Positions 31,074 to 43,314 of a DNA stretch of 64,000 nt are shown piece by piece. The stretch lies in NCBI GenBank assembly GCA_963663965.2, contig CAXXFK010000032.1:32001-96000 (forward strand). Direction: 5' to 3'. Both the position numbers and the translations under genes were made by a program. Positions within the stretch are counted from its first letter, which is position 1. Each line of letters opens with the position of its first letter. Source of the DNA: Sedimentisphaerales bacterium. Lineage in GTDB: Bacteria; Planctomycetota; Phycisphaerae; Sedimentisphaerales; SM23-30. The notes under the pieces were generated by a model. The model ran no database searches. It was not told the DNA's origin and saw nothing but the letters and a program-made list of their open reading frames with translations.

Positions 31074-34000
31074 TTAAGGCTGCGGACGCTCCAACTGGAA
31101 AAGCGCCTCGCTGAGGGACGGAAAAGCCGCAGGCGTAACCTGTGGTTTGGTCAGGGTGCCGGTTACCCGGAACTGGACCAGTTGAGGCCGGATCGCCTCA
31201 TAAAGGCTTGAAACGATCGGAACACTGGGAAGATAACGCGGCGTATCGACCACAAATACCAGGTCGAGCCCGCTTTTTTTCTGATCTGGCGGTGCCGGGT
31301 CAGGGATTAATCCACCCCAGGCGTAACCGGCTCCAGTCAGTGAAAGGGCGCTGCCCTGCAGAACCACTGTCTCGAGCCGGAGTTTTTCTGGCATGATATC
31401 CCCTTTTATCCGGGCCATATTAAAGGCCCCCGGCTTGGGCAGTGTCAGATTAATGACATGCATAAACTGGGCGAACAATGGCAATTCCCCTAAACGGGTA
31501 TTATCCATGGCAAGGTAAAAACCGCCCCGGCGCGGTTCATCAGCTTTGGGAACCAGAAGATTGATCCAGCCGCCTATCGTACCAGGTAGAGACTGTGTCG
31601 TATTATCAGAAGGTACCAGATCGGCCACGGGCACATCGATAACTGGATTTCCGCGTTATATCCACCCTGCGTATTAAACACCAGGCCTCCGGTGCCCGCG
31701 ATACGCCCCTGACCAAGTTTCCCGGATAGATTCGCGATATTTATTTTCTGATGATCGCTATCATAATCAAAGTTACCGGTTAGATCACTTAATCCGATAT
31801 GACGATAGTCAAAAGCCAATCCGTTAAAATGACCCGATAGCGACATGCCTGAACCTTCTGCTGCCGGCATGTTTAATTTGCCATTGATTTTTCCGGCAAT
31901 GTTGCCGATAGCAAGCGGCCCTTCAATTTTACCATGCTGTAGCTGGGTATCCACTGTCATTTGCCATCCGCCCGAGGCTTCGGATTGCCGCTGCCAGCCA
32001 AACTTGAGGTCCATATCCACCTGGCCTTCGGCATCCCAGGGGATATGCTGACAATCAGGGGCTTCACAGATTAATGCCCTGAGAATATCATCGAGCTGGA
32101 GTTTTTCTAATTCCAGATGAATTTCGCTGCCGGAAATACGACCCGAAAGGTCTATTCGCCCCTGTCCCCGCAGAGAACTAAGGCCACTGAAAGCCTGCAA
32201 ATCTTGCACCTCGATCAGATCAGGATGTATGCTTATCCTGCCAACGGTATGATCGAAACGAAACGGTTTGTTTTTTATGCCGATATCACATTGTTTTAAA
32301 TCGAGCCGGATATCATGATTGGTTTGATCGCCATCTTTATCGAATAAAAGTTCCGCCCCCATTTTCCCGGATACATCCAGATAATTGAGAATGCCGCTAT
32401 ATGGCGATACCAGCTTTTTTATCTCATCATCGAATTCGATTTCATCGATCCGGACGGCTAAATTGAAATGATTGTTATCAACCAGATCCAGCGCGCCGGT
32501 CAGAGGCTGATCTTTATAGTTCGCCGACAAATCAGATACCTCCAATCGGACTCCATCATAGATCGCCCTCCCGGACGCCTGGGCAAGGCGTATCGGAAAA
32601 TTATTCGGATCGATGACCGCATTCTGAAACCGGGTATCGAAAGTCACCTGATAACCGGGATTCTTTATATCCGCAGAATCTGAGGGGGTATGGATATGGG
32701 CGCTGCCATTTAACTGCGCTTGTAATCCAAACTGATTCCAGAGCCGGCCGGTATCCCCTCCCAATAACGCACCAAAATTAGGATCGGCCCGGATATCCCT
32801 GAAGGTCAGATCCAGATCGGCCTCAATGGCGTCAAGATCCAGACCATTAACAGTGCCCTGGACGAACAGTTCCCCATCCAGCGCCCTGCCCTGTTGAATA
32901 TTAACTGTTATCGACTGACTGTCCCAATTGATCTGACCGGCCAGATCACTCAATTCAACCGGCAGTATTTCTGGTTGGGCCTGACACCCTGAAATCATCA
33001 GCTTGAGTGATTGTTCAGACTCCTCATCAGGATGATGAACGATATGATAATCACCACTCACCCGGCCTTGCGGATGAAGTTGGTCCCAGATTTTTCGATA
33101 CTGGGTTGGCACAGCCTGATACAACCGGTCATTAAATTCCATCTCAGCGATTTTTACGGTCAGATCAAAATCGAGCCCTTCCGGCAGGCGATGGAAATCG
33201 CCATCGATAAAGACCGGTTGATAGCCGGGTTTGTTGTGAATCGGACCAATTTTAACCAGTTTATTGTCGAACTCAATGGATCCGGTCAGACCATCCACGG
33301 GATAGGGAAAATAGTGCGAGACGCCGGCCATATGAACCATATCGACGCGTCCCTTGATTACAGACGGTTTCTCAGGATCTTCAACAGCGACGGAGACACG
33401 CAGATCCATTTGACCCGTTGGCCGTTGATCATAGAGCGCTTTCTGGGCCTGAGGATGCAAAAAATTCAAAAGAGTCTTAAGCCCCTGGCGATTCAGCGGA
33501 ACATTGACAACATGATTGAAAACAAGGATATCGAGCGTACTTTTGGGTCTGACCTCGTTTACCGCAAAATCATCCCAGTAATCCGGCGGCAGGGAAAAAC
33601 CCTGAGTCTGGAATTCCAGCCAATATGGCACATTGCTGCGATAGCCATCGATATGCCCTTTGGCGCTGACCTGACAATTGTCATCCAGCGCGAGTTTCAA
33701 ATCGACTATTTCGATCCGCTCATTCAGGCAACGCACTGTAGCGTCTATATTCTCAACCAGAATATTCATTCCTGACTCAACCAGTGGCAGGATCATATTG
33801 CCCTGATGGATGGCGATGTCAAATGTAAATCCTTTGTCCAGGGTATATTGGCCACTGACCGCCACCTCGCCCTGCGGAATCATTTTTTCATAGAAGAGTT
33901 GCAACCGGCTCAGACTTTCCGGCACGGATTCCAGGTCGATCTGATTGAGTTGAAAATCCGTTTTCAGTTCAATTTGACGGCTTTCAACATTCAACGAAGC

Positions 34001-34645
34001 GATCAGGTGGGTATTCTTGAAAACGCCGATATCACGGCTATCCAGCACAATGGTATAAACAGACGGATCATTGAAACTGGGAACGATCCGGCCGGACACC
34101 TCCTGAACAAACCGCCCCATCGCCTTGGGACCTTCGTATTCGGCATATTCGAACCGGGCATTACGCAGAATAAATTCGGTTTGGGGCGCTTTGGAACCGC
34201 TGGATTTAAATGCCAGCCGATCGATATTACGGATTTTATTTTTTCGATCATACCAGATGTTTAAGCGGGCGCTGCCGGCAACGACTCGACCAAGGGTTAC
34301 TTTCCGGGCCAGTAACGATTCGGCCCGATATTCTAAAACCACATTGTCCGCCGAGAAAAATTTATTCTTATCGCTGCGCGGGCAATCAGGCAGGTAGATA
34401 TTCAGACCATGAATATGAATCTCACGAGGAAACTCCACTCTGGCCCATTCCAACTCCACCTCACCTCCAGTGGCGGCCTCCAGTGCCTTGATCGCCTGTT
34501 TTTTGATATGGTCATCATTGAGAAAATAGAAACCGAGAGCTATCAGGCCAAAAATGAATAAAAGAACTATGGCGGCCCACGAACGGCGTCGCCGGCATTG
34601 ATCCGGAGAACTGCTGCGCGGATGTTTGGACCGCAAAAGGTTCAA
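31074..34645 (-). CDS. AsmA/TamB-like membrane-anchored periplasmic protein, split by one frameshift at ~31640
   Basis: N-terminal TM followed by a long beta-rich body. Adding one base at TTA^TC joins EIQL-IDVPVADLV into ORF 31074..31634, which ends in AsmA_2-like FRVTGTLTKPQV. Confidence 0.7.
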
Positions 34646-34802
34646 ACGGTCTTCAACCAGGTAGTTCTCAATCGTCGGGTGTTCGTCATAGCTTGACTGA
34701 ATTAAAAAACTGGGATTATCCCGGTAAGGGATTTTCTAGGAGAATTATTTTTGGGGGTACGAAACAATCAACATCCTGCCTCATGACGGGCGAAAACAAC
34801 AA

Positions 34803-35882
34803 TTATTTCATTTTCTCGATTTCTGCCAGCAGGGCCGCTACTGCCTGATCGGCTGGCACCGTGGCGATTCGTTCGCTTTTACGATAAATAACCGCCTTGT
34901 CGCGCCCGCCGCAAAGCGCCAGATCGGCTTCCTGGGCTTCACCCGGCCCGTTAACGACGCACCCCATGACCGCAACGGTTATTTTCTTCCGTACGGTTTT
35001 AAGCGCCGCTTCAACTTGTTCAACCATGGTCAGCAGATCGATTTCGGTCCGGCCACAGGTTGGACACGCGATCAGTTCCGGCCGTGCTCGTTGACGTAAA
35101 CCAAGACTGGTCAGGATTTCCCAGGCCACCTCCACCTCACAGCAGGGATCGCCGGCCAGCGACACGCGAATCGTATCGCCAATCCCTTCTGACAGCAGAG
35201 CCCCTAAAGCGGTGGCCGATCGCACCGAACCGGTCTGAACCGTTCCGGCATGGGTTACTCCCAGGTGTATCGGATAATTAAATTGCGCGCGAATGGCTCG
35301 ATTAACCAATATCGTATGGAGAGCATCATGGCATTTGGCCGATAGCACCAGCCGATCGAACTCCCGCCGCTCAAAGATCTCCACATAATCACGCAATTTA
35401 GCAACCATCAAATCCACCAGGGGGCGTTTCTGATCGGTGGATGACTTCTGATCGCGAATACTGCCTTCATTAACCCCGATCCGGATGGCTGTGCCATGGG
35501 CCTTGCAGGCGTCGATAACCTGATGAACCTGATCCCGGTCATTGATATTACCCGGATTAAGTCGAATCTTATGCACCCCCGCCTCGATAGCCTCCAACGC
35601 GCGGGCATAATGAAAATGCACATCCGCAACTATCGGGATACCGGCATGAGCGATAATCTCGGGAAGCGCCTGGGTATCTTCCGGTCTGGGAACAGCGACC
35701 CGAACGATCTCACAACCCGCATCCCGCAACCGGGCAATTTGCTCCAGACAGGCCTGGACGTTACGAGTCATGACATTGGTCATACTCTGGATACGGATCG
35801 GCTGACTATCTCCCAGGATTATTGTGCCAACCGGCGCAGGTCGGGTCGGAATTCGATTGATGTTATTTCTTGTATTTTCCAT
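34803..35882 (-). CDS. ispG: 4-hydroxy-3-methylbut-2-en-1-yl diphosphate synthase
   Basis: IQSMTN, ADVHF, RLNPGNI, IRIGVN.GS, GIGDTIRVSL, ACPTCGRT, MGCVVNGPGEA. Confidence 0.95.
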   Translation of the reverse strand: MENTRNNINRIPTRPAPVGTIILGDSQPIRIQSMTNVMTRNVQACLEQIARLRDAGCEIVRVAVPRPEDTQALPEIIAHAGIPIVADVHFHYARALEAIEAGVHKIRLNPGNINDRDQVHQVIDACKAHGTAIRIGVNEGSIRDQKSSTDQKRPLVDLMVAKLRDYVEIFERREFDRLVLSAKCHDALHTILVNRAIRAQFNYPIHLGVTHAGTVQTGSVRSATALGALLSEGIGDTIRVSLAGDPCCEVEVAWEILTSLGLRQRARPELIACPTCGRTEIDLLTMVEQVEAALKTVRKKITVAVMGCVVNGPGEAQEADLALCGGRDKAVIYRKSERIATVPADQAVAALLAEIEKMK

Positions 35883-36285
35883 GTTTAGATACAGTAATCG
35901 CATTGAGATATAGCGTCAAGCGCCTTTAGATTTTCTTTATGACTCCTCTCAGAATCATTGCTGATAACCAATTCTTTTTATCGACATCTCCCGTTCTGGA
36001 AGCGATGAGAAAATCACAAAAACATGCTATGTCATCAATCCCTGTTATGCAAGATGTTCAAGGATATCTTGTGACCGGTCGCATGAGAACTGATCGGAGC
36101 TGAATAACTCATAAAGCTTTATAGATCAACATGTTAGACACACACGGCCTACTACCCTTCTAATGATAAACTTTTGCAGTCTTCATGAGTTATGAATTTT
36201 CTTGCTCGTTGATGACCCCAGGCCTATGCTGGTAGGTTAAATGAAGTTTCCTCTAAACACGAAGCATTAAAAAGGAGACCCAGGC

Positions 36286-37041
36286 TTGAGTACATCGATA
36301 TCCCTCTTTTTAATCGTCTTTCTGGCCGGTTTGACAGGATGCCTGCAGAAGCCTGTGACCATAACCGTAAAACCAGCAATAAGTTATGAAACCAACCGCT
36401 CTTTCCCCGATCATCGTCTGGAAGTTGGCACCTTCAACGCGGGCACCGAAAATGCCCGGACATGGCTTCCATTCATTTCTCAATATCTTCAGCAGCAGCT
36501 GAATCAGAAACAGACCTCACAAAACCTGGCGGGACTTCCTCCAATCAGTATTGGAGGTAAACTCAGTATCTATTATGGCAGTTTTAATTATCGCAACAGT
36601 ACCAGCCAGTTAAAAATGGATTTGGAATTTCAATTCATTGATCCCCGGGAAAAAAGAATTTTGCGATCAGTTCAATCGACTCTGTTTACGCGGGATGAAA
36701 CCGGAATTGAAACTCAACTTCAAAGAGCGATCGATAATATGCTGGAGTCGCTATTCCCAAGCGGAATGCCCATTCCTGTTACCCTGGCAAAAGGATTTAC
36801 CCGCTATGACGCGGATGGCCGTAAACTGGCGTCTCTGGGCGACTATCGGCGGGCGGCTACCGCATTTCAGATGGCAATTGATGCCCGGCCTGATGATCAT
36901 AATGCTTTATTTAACTGTGGGGTCATGTTTGAAATTTTGAACCAGCCCAATCTGGCCCTGGATTATTATCGTCGTGCTAATCAGATCTCACCCCAGGCTG
37001 CCTATATCGACGGAATACGGAGAGTACAAAGTATTCAATAG
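36286..37041 (+). CDS. TPR-containing lipoprotein
   Basis: TTG start with AAGGAG SD, lipobox LTGC, two C-terminal TPR-like motifs. Confidence 0.7.
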   Translation: MSTSISLFLIVFLAGLTGCLQKPVTITVKPAISYETNRSFPDHRLEVGTFNAGTENARTWLPFISQYLQQQLNQKQTSQNLAGLPPISIGGKLSIYYGSFNYRNSTSQLKMDLEFQFIDPREKRILRSVQSTLFTRDETGIETQLQRAIDNMLESLFPSGMPIPVTLAKGFTRYDADGRKLASLGDYRRAATAFQMAIDARPDDHNALFNCGVMFEILNQPNLALDYYRRANQISPQAAYIDGIRRVQSIQ

Positions 37042-37191
37042 GGGCTGGCTGATCCGCATTTTTACTTATCTGAATCGCTAACACCATTAACCGAAGTGGA
37101 TATTTTTATATTTTTTTTACAATGACCCAAACCATAAACTCGTTAATCAACCAGTGAAACGGTGGAACATCCGTCCTGTAGTAATAACGGC

Positions 37192-38196
37192 ATGAAAATC
37201 TATCGCAATATAGCAGATTATATCGCCCCGGCCAACGGAACTGTGGTCACGATTGGTAATTTCGATGGTGTTCACCTTGGCCACCAGGCTATTATCCATC
37301 AGGCGCGTGGTCTGGCCGACCAATTGGACCTGGAACTGGTCGTCTTTACTTTCGACCCTCCCCCAGCTCATCTGTTGCGGCCCGATAAGGCGCCCCGCCG
37401 CTTGAGTACGGCAGATCTCAAAGCCAGCTGGTTTGCCGATCTGCAAGTCGATTCCCTGGTGATCCAGGAGCCGACACCTGAATTTTTGCATATCGAACCA
37501 GAGGTTTTTGTTAGACGGATTCTGGCTGAAAAATTGAAGGTACGCCATATCATTGAAGGCCAGACTTTTAATTTTGGACACCGGGGCCGCGGTACCTTTG
37601 AAACATTAAAGGCAATGCAATCCGATTATGTTTACGAAACACACCTGGCGCCCTCCGTTCAGATATCGATGGACCGATCGATCCCTCATATCCCTATCTG
37701 TAGTTCGCTGATTCGCAATCTGGTGAGCGAAAATAAATTTCGTGAGGCCGGAAAATGCCTGGGAAGATGTTTTATGTTGCCCGGCCGTGTTGTCAAGGGG
37801 CGGGGCGAAGGCTCACGCCTGGGCTTCCCGACGATCAATATTGAACCGCTGCAACCGGATCTTCTGATCCCATCGGACGGGGTTTTTGCCGGCTGGGTAC
37901 GCTGGGGAGATTCCCCTGAAAAGGTCTATCGGGACGACCGGCAATACCCCGCCGCCATCAGCATCGGCAGCTGCGAAACTTATGAGGATGGCCGATGGCA
38001 GATCGAGGCTCACGTTCTTGATTACACCACAGACCGCCATCAACTGGTTGGCAACCATATTCTGCTGGCTTTTTGCGATAAATTGCGTGATCAGAGGAAA
38101 TTTGACTCAACAGATGACCTGAAAGATGCCATTGCGGAAGATTGCCTGATCGTCAAAACACTAGTCAATGAATGCGTCCTGAAGCGTCTGCAATAA
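37192..38196 (+). CDS. ribF: Bifunctional riboflavin kinase/FAD synthetase
   Basis: IGNFDGVHLGHQ, F.FG, G...G..LGFPTIN, IEAHVLD, LRDQRKF. Confidence 0.93.
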   Translation: MKIYRNIADYIAPANGTVVTIGNFDGVHLGHQAIIHQARGLADQLDLELVVFTFDPPPAHLLRPDKAPRRLSTADLKASWFADLQVDSLVIQEPTPEFLHIEPEVFVRRILAEKLKVRHIIEGQTFNFGHRGRGTFETLKAMQSDYVYETHLAPSVQISMDRSIPHIPICSSLIRNLVSENKFREAGKCLGRCFMLPGRVVKGRGEGSRLGFPTINIEPLQPDLLIPSDGVFAGWVRWGDSPEKVYRDDRQYPAAISIGSCETYEDGRWQIEAHVLDYTTDRHQLVGNHILLAFCDKLRDQRKFDSTDDLKDAIAEDCLIVKTLVNECVLKRLQ

Positions 38197-38327
38197 ATGG
38201 TACGTTTAAAAATTGCTTTACAGATGCCCGGAAATTGCAAACGACCATTGTTTCCAGGGTTCACCGCTCGCGATAGAAATGACCAATTAATCCCCTTATT
38301 ATCTTAATCTGCCGATAGAATAAATAT

Positions 38328-39382
38328 ATGATTGACAAAATTCAGTTCAAGAAAGCGATCGACCTGATTGAACGATCCCGGCGAATCCTGATCAGTACCC
38401 ATGCCCGTCCGGATGGGGATGCCATGGGTAGTATTTGTGCCTTGCAACACTGTATCGAAGCGGCCGCTGCCTCTGCGGGACGCACCTGTCATGTCCAGAT
38501 GCTCATTCTGCGGGAAATCGGGGAAACTTATCAGTATCTGTTAACGAAAAACGCCTGGATTACCCAAGACAATTTTGCTGAAGAAGACATCGCCGCCGGA
38601 AAACTCGATGACTTCGATCTGATTATCATTGCGGACACCCGCGCGGTTCGGCAATTGCCCGTTCTTGGGGATTATCTGTTGAAACGCATGCAAAACGCCG
38701 CGGTATCGGGCCTTCAAACCCTGGTCATTGACCATCATCTGACCGGCGACAATATTGCCACTTGCGCAATCGTCGATAGTCACGCCGGGGCAGCCGGCGA
38801 AATCGTGTTTGACCTGATTCAGACGGCCGGTTGGCCATTGCCTTCCCGTCGCGGCAGAAGCATTGTTTGTCGCAATCAGTACCGACACTGGGTGGTTCCG
38901 TTTCGAAAATACCTCAGCTAAAACCCTGGAACAATCTGCCCATCTGGCCCGGTGCGGAGTCAGACCCAGCGAGGTCTATCAGAAATTATTCTTAAGCCAC
39001 CCGCACGGCAAACTCAAATTACTCGGTAAGTCTCTGGATACACTGGAGTTGCATGATGATGGCCGGCTGGCTGTCATGCAGATCACCCAGGCCATGCTGG
39101 ATGATTGTCAGGCTACCCGGCCCATGATCGAAAATATTGTCAATGAACCCATGCAGATCGAAAGCGTGATCGCTTCGCTGTTACTGGTCGAATTGCCAGA
39201 GGGCATGACCCAGATGCAGCCTGCGCAGCAAACATTCTCTGGATTGCGCCGATATTACCGGTAAATACGGTGGCGGCGGCCACGCCCGCGCGGCTGGCTT
39301 AACCTTGCATAAACCGCTTCAAGAAACAAGAGAAATTCTTATCAATGAAATTGCTAAATTCTTCTGTGAGGATAACCTGTAG
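38328..39382 (+). CDS. nrnA: DHH/DHHA1 phosphoesterase (NrnA-like), two apparent frameshifts
   Basis: H.RPDGDAMGS, IDHH, TDTG.FRF, then SLRS and GGGGHARAAG in a third frame. Extra C at 38845-38847 and at 39209-39211. Confidence 0.8.
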
Positions 39383-39555
39383 TAATCGAATTTTTTAATG
39401 ATTCTAATTAATCGTAAAGCACTGTGTATTATATAGTTACAAAACCTCAGGCGATTTATTCCATTTCTTGAAGAATTTTTATCGAAAATATTATGTGAAA
39501 TCGCTGTATATTTGTATAGTGATGGATAGATTTTTTTATTTTGGGAGACGTTCTG

Positions 39556-40464
39556 ATGAATAAAAAAAAGCGGATTTACTTTAATTGAATTACTGGTGGT
39601 TATTTCAATTATTGCTCTTCTAGTCGCCATTCTCATGCCGGCATTGAATAATGCCCGACAACAAGCGACCAGTTCGGTATGCCTTTGGAAATCAGAAAGC
39701 CTTAAGTACCGGATACATCATGTATGCTGACGATAATGAAGGCAGGCTGGCTGGCGGCTATGTTCCCAACGCGTCACAAACAGATCGATGGCGGATGCAC
39801 CAGTGGGTTTATCCTCCTTTTGATTCAACCATGTATCAAAACGGCTTGGGAACCCGATCTTATAATAGTTCAGGTTGGCATGAAACGACCAGCAAACAGG
39901 TTCCAACGCTACAGGATCGTATCACCGGTTTAAAGCTTGGCGTGTTATGGAAATATACACAAACCCATGAAGTTTACCATTGCCCTGGCGATAAACGTAT
40001 GGTCAAGGGCACCAAGTCAGGGATTGGGGATTATGGCTATCTCTACCGCAGTTATTCACTGCCCGATGGTCTGGCTGGAAGAAATGTCGCTCCTTATCAT
40101 CCGGAAGCTCTGGATAAAATGACCGAAGTCAAACGAGGCGCGGAAAGCTTTATGTTCGTCGAAGTCGAATTTCATGGCGCCGCCAGTTTTGTCTACAACC
40201 ATGGCGGTTGGTCATTCAAACCCTGGGATTTCCGGTTATGTCCGTTGGTGGGATCCCATGGCAACTTATCACAACAAGGCTGCCACCTTCAGTTTCTTCG
40301 ACGGTCATGCCGAGCTGCATAAATGGGAGCATAAAGGCACTTGGGAATATTGTCAAAATAATTCGAATAATGCGTTTAATCCCGCACTAGCTTTAAATCG
40401 CGACGTTCGCTGGCTTTGGTTCAATTACCCGGTCAAACACCCATTGACCTTTACCCCCCAGTAA
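39556..40464 (+). CDS. Prepilin-type N-terminal cleavage/methylation protein with H-X9-DG C-terminus (DUF1559-like), three apparent frameshifts
   Basis: Reconstructed as [33 protein letters not shown]....C.GN.K and [14 protein letters not shown]. Extra bases in A8 (39562-39569), T3 (39684-39686) and T3 (40229-40231). Confidence 0.85.
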
Positions 40465-40491
40465 GCTTTACCCTTTTGATCCAATAGAATC

Positions 40492-40531
40492 AAGCCTTCC
40501 CAGCTTGTTGTAACGACGGGAAGGCTTTTTT
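40492..40531 (+). terminator. Rho-independent terminator
   Basis: AAGCCTTCCC...GGGAAGGCTT followed by a T tract, between convergent genes. Confidence 0.75.
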
Positions 40532-41057
40532 ATTTTTCTTGCGTCCGTTCTTCCTCATAGACAGCGTCAATCTTGAGCAGACCATTGCGCGCCAGATTAC
40601 ACAGTTCATCACACCGTTCATTCTCCCGGATTCCAACGTGAGCCTTCACCCATTTAAAGGTCACTTCATGCCGGTCACACAAATCCAGTAACTGCTGCCA
40701 TAAATTCGCTGTTAAGCGCTTTGTACTGGGCCGATCGCTTGGTTTTATGACGATACCAGCCGCATTCTCGCCATTTGCGGGCCCAGCCCAATTCAATGGC
40801 GTCACAAACATATTTCGAATCGGCGTGCAAGACCACCTGGCAGTGTTCTTTCAATGCGCTCAATCCCACAATCGCGGCCATAATTTTCCATACGGTTATT
40901 CGTGGACAGCCGATACCCGCCCGACAACTCCTTTGCGGTGCTTGCCGTATAGCAAAACCACCCCATAGCCGCCCGGACCGGGATTCGGTGAACACCCGCC
41001 GTCTGTATATATCGTTACCTGTTTCAGTCCCGACTCACTCTTGCTCTTGGTCGCCAA
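40530..41057 (-). CDS. rnhA: Ribonuclease HI, three apparent frameshifts
   Basis: Reconstructed [39 protein letters not shown]...NERCDEL. Extra bases near 40931, 40885 and 40705. TTG start at 41057. Confidence 0.88.
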
Positions 41058-41689
41058 GGGCCGCCCTCTCTCAACTGAATAATCCGGTTATAGGATTGCA
41101 ATATTGCCTGCAGACTCTCGACGCACTCATCCTTGTCACCGTTGACCATGACGGCGTGCCGGTCTAGATTTTCGATATAAGTTAACTCAAGCCCCTGATC
41201 ACCGCACAACGCCGGTATCAGGTTCATCACGTGTTTAAGCATGTCCGCAATCAACACTTGACCCGGATCCATCGAAACGTCAACATCTGCGATAGAATGA
41301 TCGCATTCCTGATCCTCATCTGATTCCCATCCCGCTTGTTCCGTCAGCAATTGCTGCAGTTGATCCGGTCGAATCGGATGAATGCTCCCATCCGGCATAA
41401 GCCGGCACAGTTCGTTATGATCGCAATCGGGCAGCCGTTTGATATAAACGCAATCCGGCTGCATGTCAAAATATTGAAAGGCCGCCTGTTGCCCCGCGTC
41501 AGTCCGAACCTCCACGGGTTCCAGCAACTCAATTTTAAGATATTCCTGGCCCTGATCATCCAGTTCGGTACCGGTAATCCGGCCGACCTGAAGCCATTCA
41601 ACCGGAGGCCTGGAAGTCAGGGCAAAATGATCAGACGTTTCAAAACGTCTGCCTATTTCCACACGGATCGCAGGGAGATTCAAAATCAT
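41024..41689 (-). CDS. Hypothetical protein
   Basis: 221-aa ORF with AGGTGAG SD, co-oriented between the aminotransferase and rnhA; no recognisable motif. Confidence 0.6.
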   Translation of the reverse strand: MILNLPAIRVEIGRRFETSDHFALTSRPPVEWLQVGRITGTELDDQGQEYLKIELLEPVEVRTDAGQQAAFQYFDMQPDCVYIKRLPDCDHNELCRLMPDGSIHPIRPDQLQQLLTEQAGWESDEDQECDHSIADVDVSMDPGQVLIADMLKHVMNLIPALCGDQGLELTYIENLDRHAVMVNGDKDECVESLQAILQSYNRIIQLREGGPWRPRARVSRD

Positions 41690-41701
41690 GCATAACTCAC
41701 C

Positions 41702-43007
41702 TTAAGCAGAAGCGACATATTGACGAATGGCGTCGCCGATCGTGTTCCAGGTCCAGCGCCGTTTTTCATCGTCGCATTCCAGCAATGTCACCCGGAACCC
41801 GTGCCGTGTTTGCAGCAAAAACCCGTCAGGGGGACGACACAGGATCCCGGTCGCGCCCAATAAATAATAAACAAACCGCTTGTCCGGGGCCACCCCCTTC
41901 ACTTTTTCTTCGATATACTGACGAATCGCCGTATTTTCAATCGGAAGCGTCTGATGATCGTTTCAACAATCCGTTATCGAACAGGATGGACATATAAAAC
42001 GCGCCTTGGGGACGAACCACCATGATCTCATCCACACTGGCAAAAATATCGAAGGCTTCATTCGCCCGCTTTTCAAACATTTTTGCTCGATAATTCAAAT
42101 GGTCCCGGTATCGCGCATCCCCCATCACCAATGGAATTGAGAACTGCGGCAGGCTGGTAGAACACACCTCAAGCATTTTGGCATTGATCAAGCTTTTAAC
42201 ATATGAACGAAAAGAGGGGTATTGTTCCTGGTTAAAGACTTCGATCCATCCGCAACGCGACCCGGGCCAGGGATATTCTTTCGAAATACCTCGCAAAGCG
42301 ATCCCGGGCACATCCCCGATCACCTCACTTAAATGACAGGTCTTGGCGCCGTTATAAACAATATGAGTGTAGATCTCGTCGCACAAAATAAAGACCCGGT
42401 AACGGCGCGCGATATCGACTATCTGCTCAAGCAGGAGTTTGGGATAAACGGCCCCGGTTGGATTATCCGGGTTAATCAACAGGATTCCGGCGACCGAATC
42501 ATTATACCTGATTTTGTTTTCCAGATCCTGCAAATCCGGCATCCAGTTTTTCGCCGGATCCAGTTCATAAGTCAGATGATCATAACCGCTGTGAGCCGCC
42601 TCCGCGGATGAGTGGGTTGAATAAGCCGGCGAAGGTCCAATGACCCGCGCTTCACGTTTCATATATCCAAATACCCTGGCAACAGCATCGCCTAATCCGT
42701 TGAAAAAGACGATATCATCCGGACGGATCTGGCATCCACCCCGAATATTCACCTGCTCTGCCAGAAAATCCCGGACATGATACACGCCCTGGGTCGGTAC
42801 ATAGCCATAGACTTCATCCTGACCCGCCAGATCGATGACAATGTCCTTGATCCACTGGGGTAATTTCTCACCCTTCTGGATCGGATCGCCAATATTTTCC
42901 CACGTTATATCCTGCCCCAGTTTATTGAGGTCTTTGGCAACACTGACAATTTCACGAATTTCGTATGTCAGCTGCGAGGCTCCCTCATGCACTATATCGC
43001 GTCGCAT
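41702..43007 (-). CDS. PLP-dependent aminotransferase class I/II (AlaA/AspC-like), frameshifted near the 3' end
   Basis: NIGDP, INPDNPTG, DEIY, GISKEYPWPG.R.GW, GAFY. Removing one base at 41961-41963 continues into ORF 41702..41902 (DKRFVYYLLGATGICVVPL..F...GFRVTLL). Confidence 0.88.
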
Positions 43008-43268
43008 ATTAATTTCCTTTTTTGCAAATACTTATATCGGTCATTATCAAATCTACTAGTTACGGCCACAAATTGGGTCGTGTGTCTACAGTATTGTCTA
43101 TCGTCCAGTCCGGCAATAAAACAAAACATAAAATATACCCATCCCCGAAATAAATAGCAATGGTTCTTTTGTATCGTTTTTTGTCAAAGCTTATCCCAAA
43201 ACCTTCAATCTTAGTAACTTACGCAACATACCAGTCAATCCGGATTATCCTGCAGCCATACTGGAAAC

Positions 43269-43293
43269 CGCTTGGCATGTAACATGCCAAGCG
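43269..43293. repeat. Perfect 12-1-12 inverted repeat
   Basis: CGCTTGGCATGT-A-ACATGCCAAGCG between the rarA 3' end and the aminotransferase 5' end. Confidence 0.8.
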
Positions 43294-43314
43294 AATACCC
43301 GAAGGATTCCCCGT

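Noticed and set aside
35903..36286. Riboswitch or ncRNA in the intergenic regions near ispG and ribF (e.g. FMN riboswitch)
   Set aside because: No recognisable conserved riboswitch motif by eye; an Rfam/Infernal scan would be needed to exclude one.
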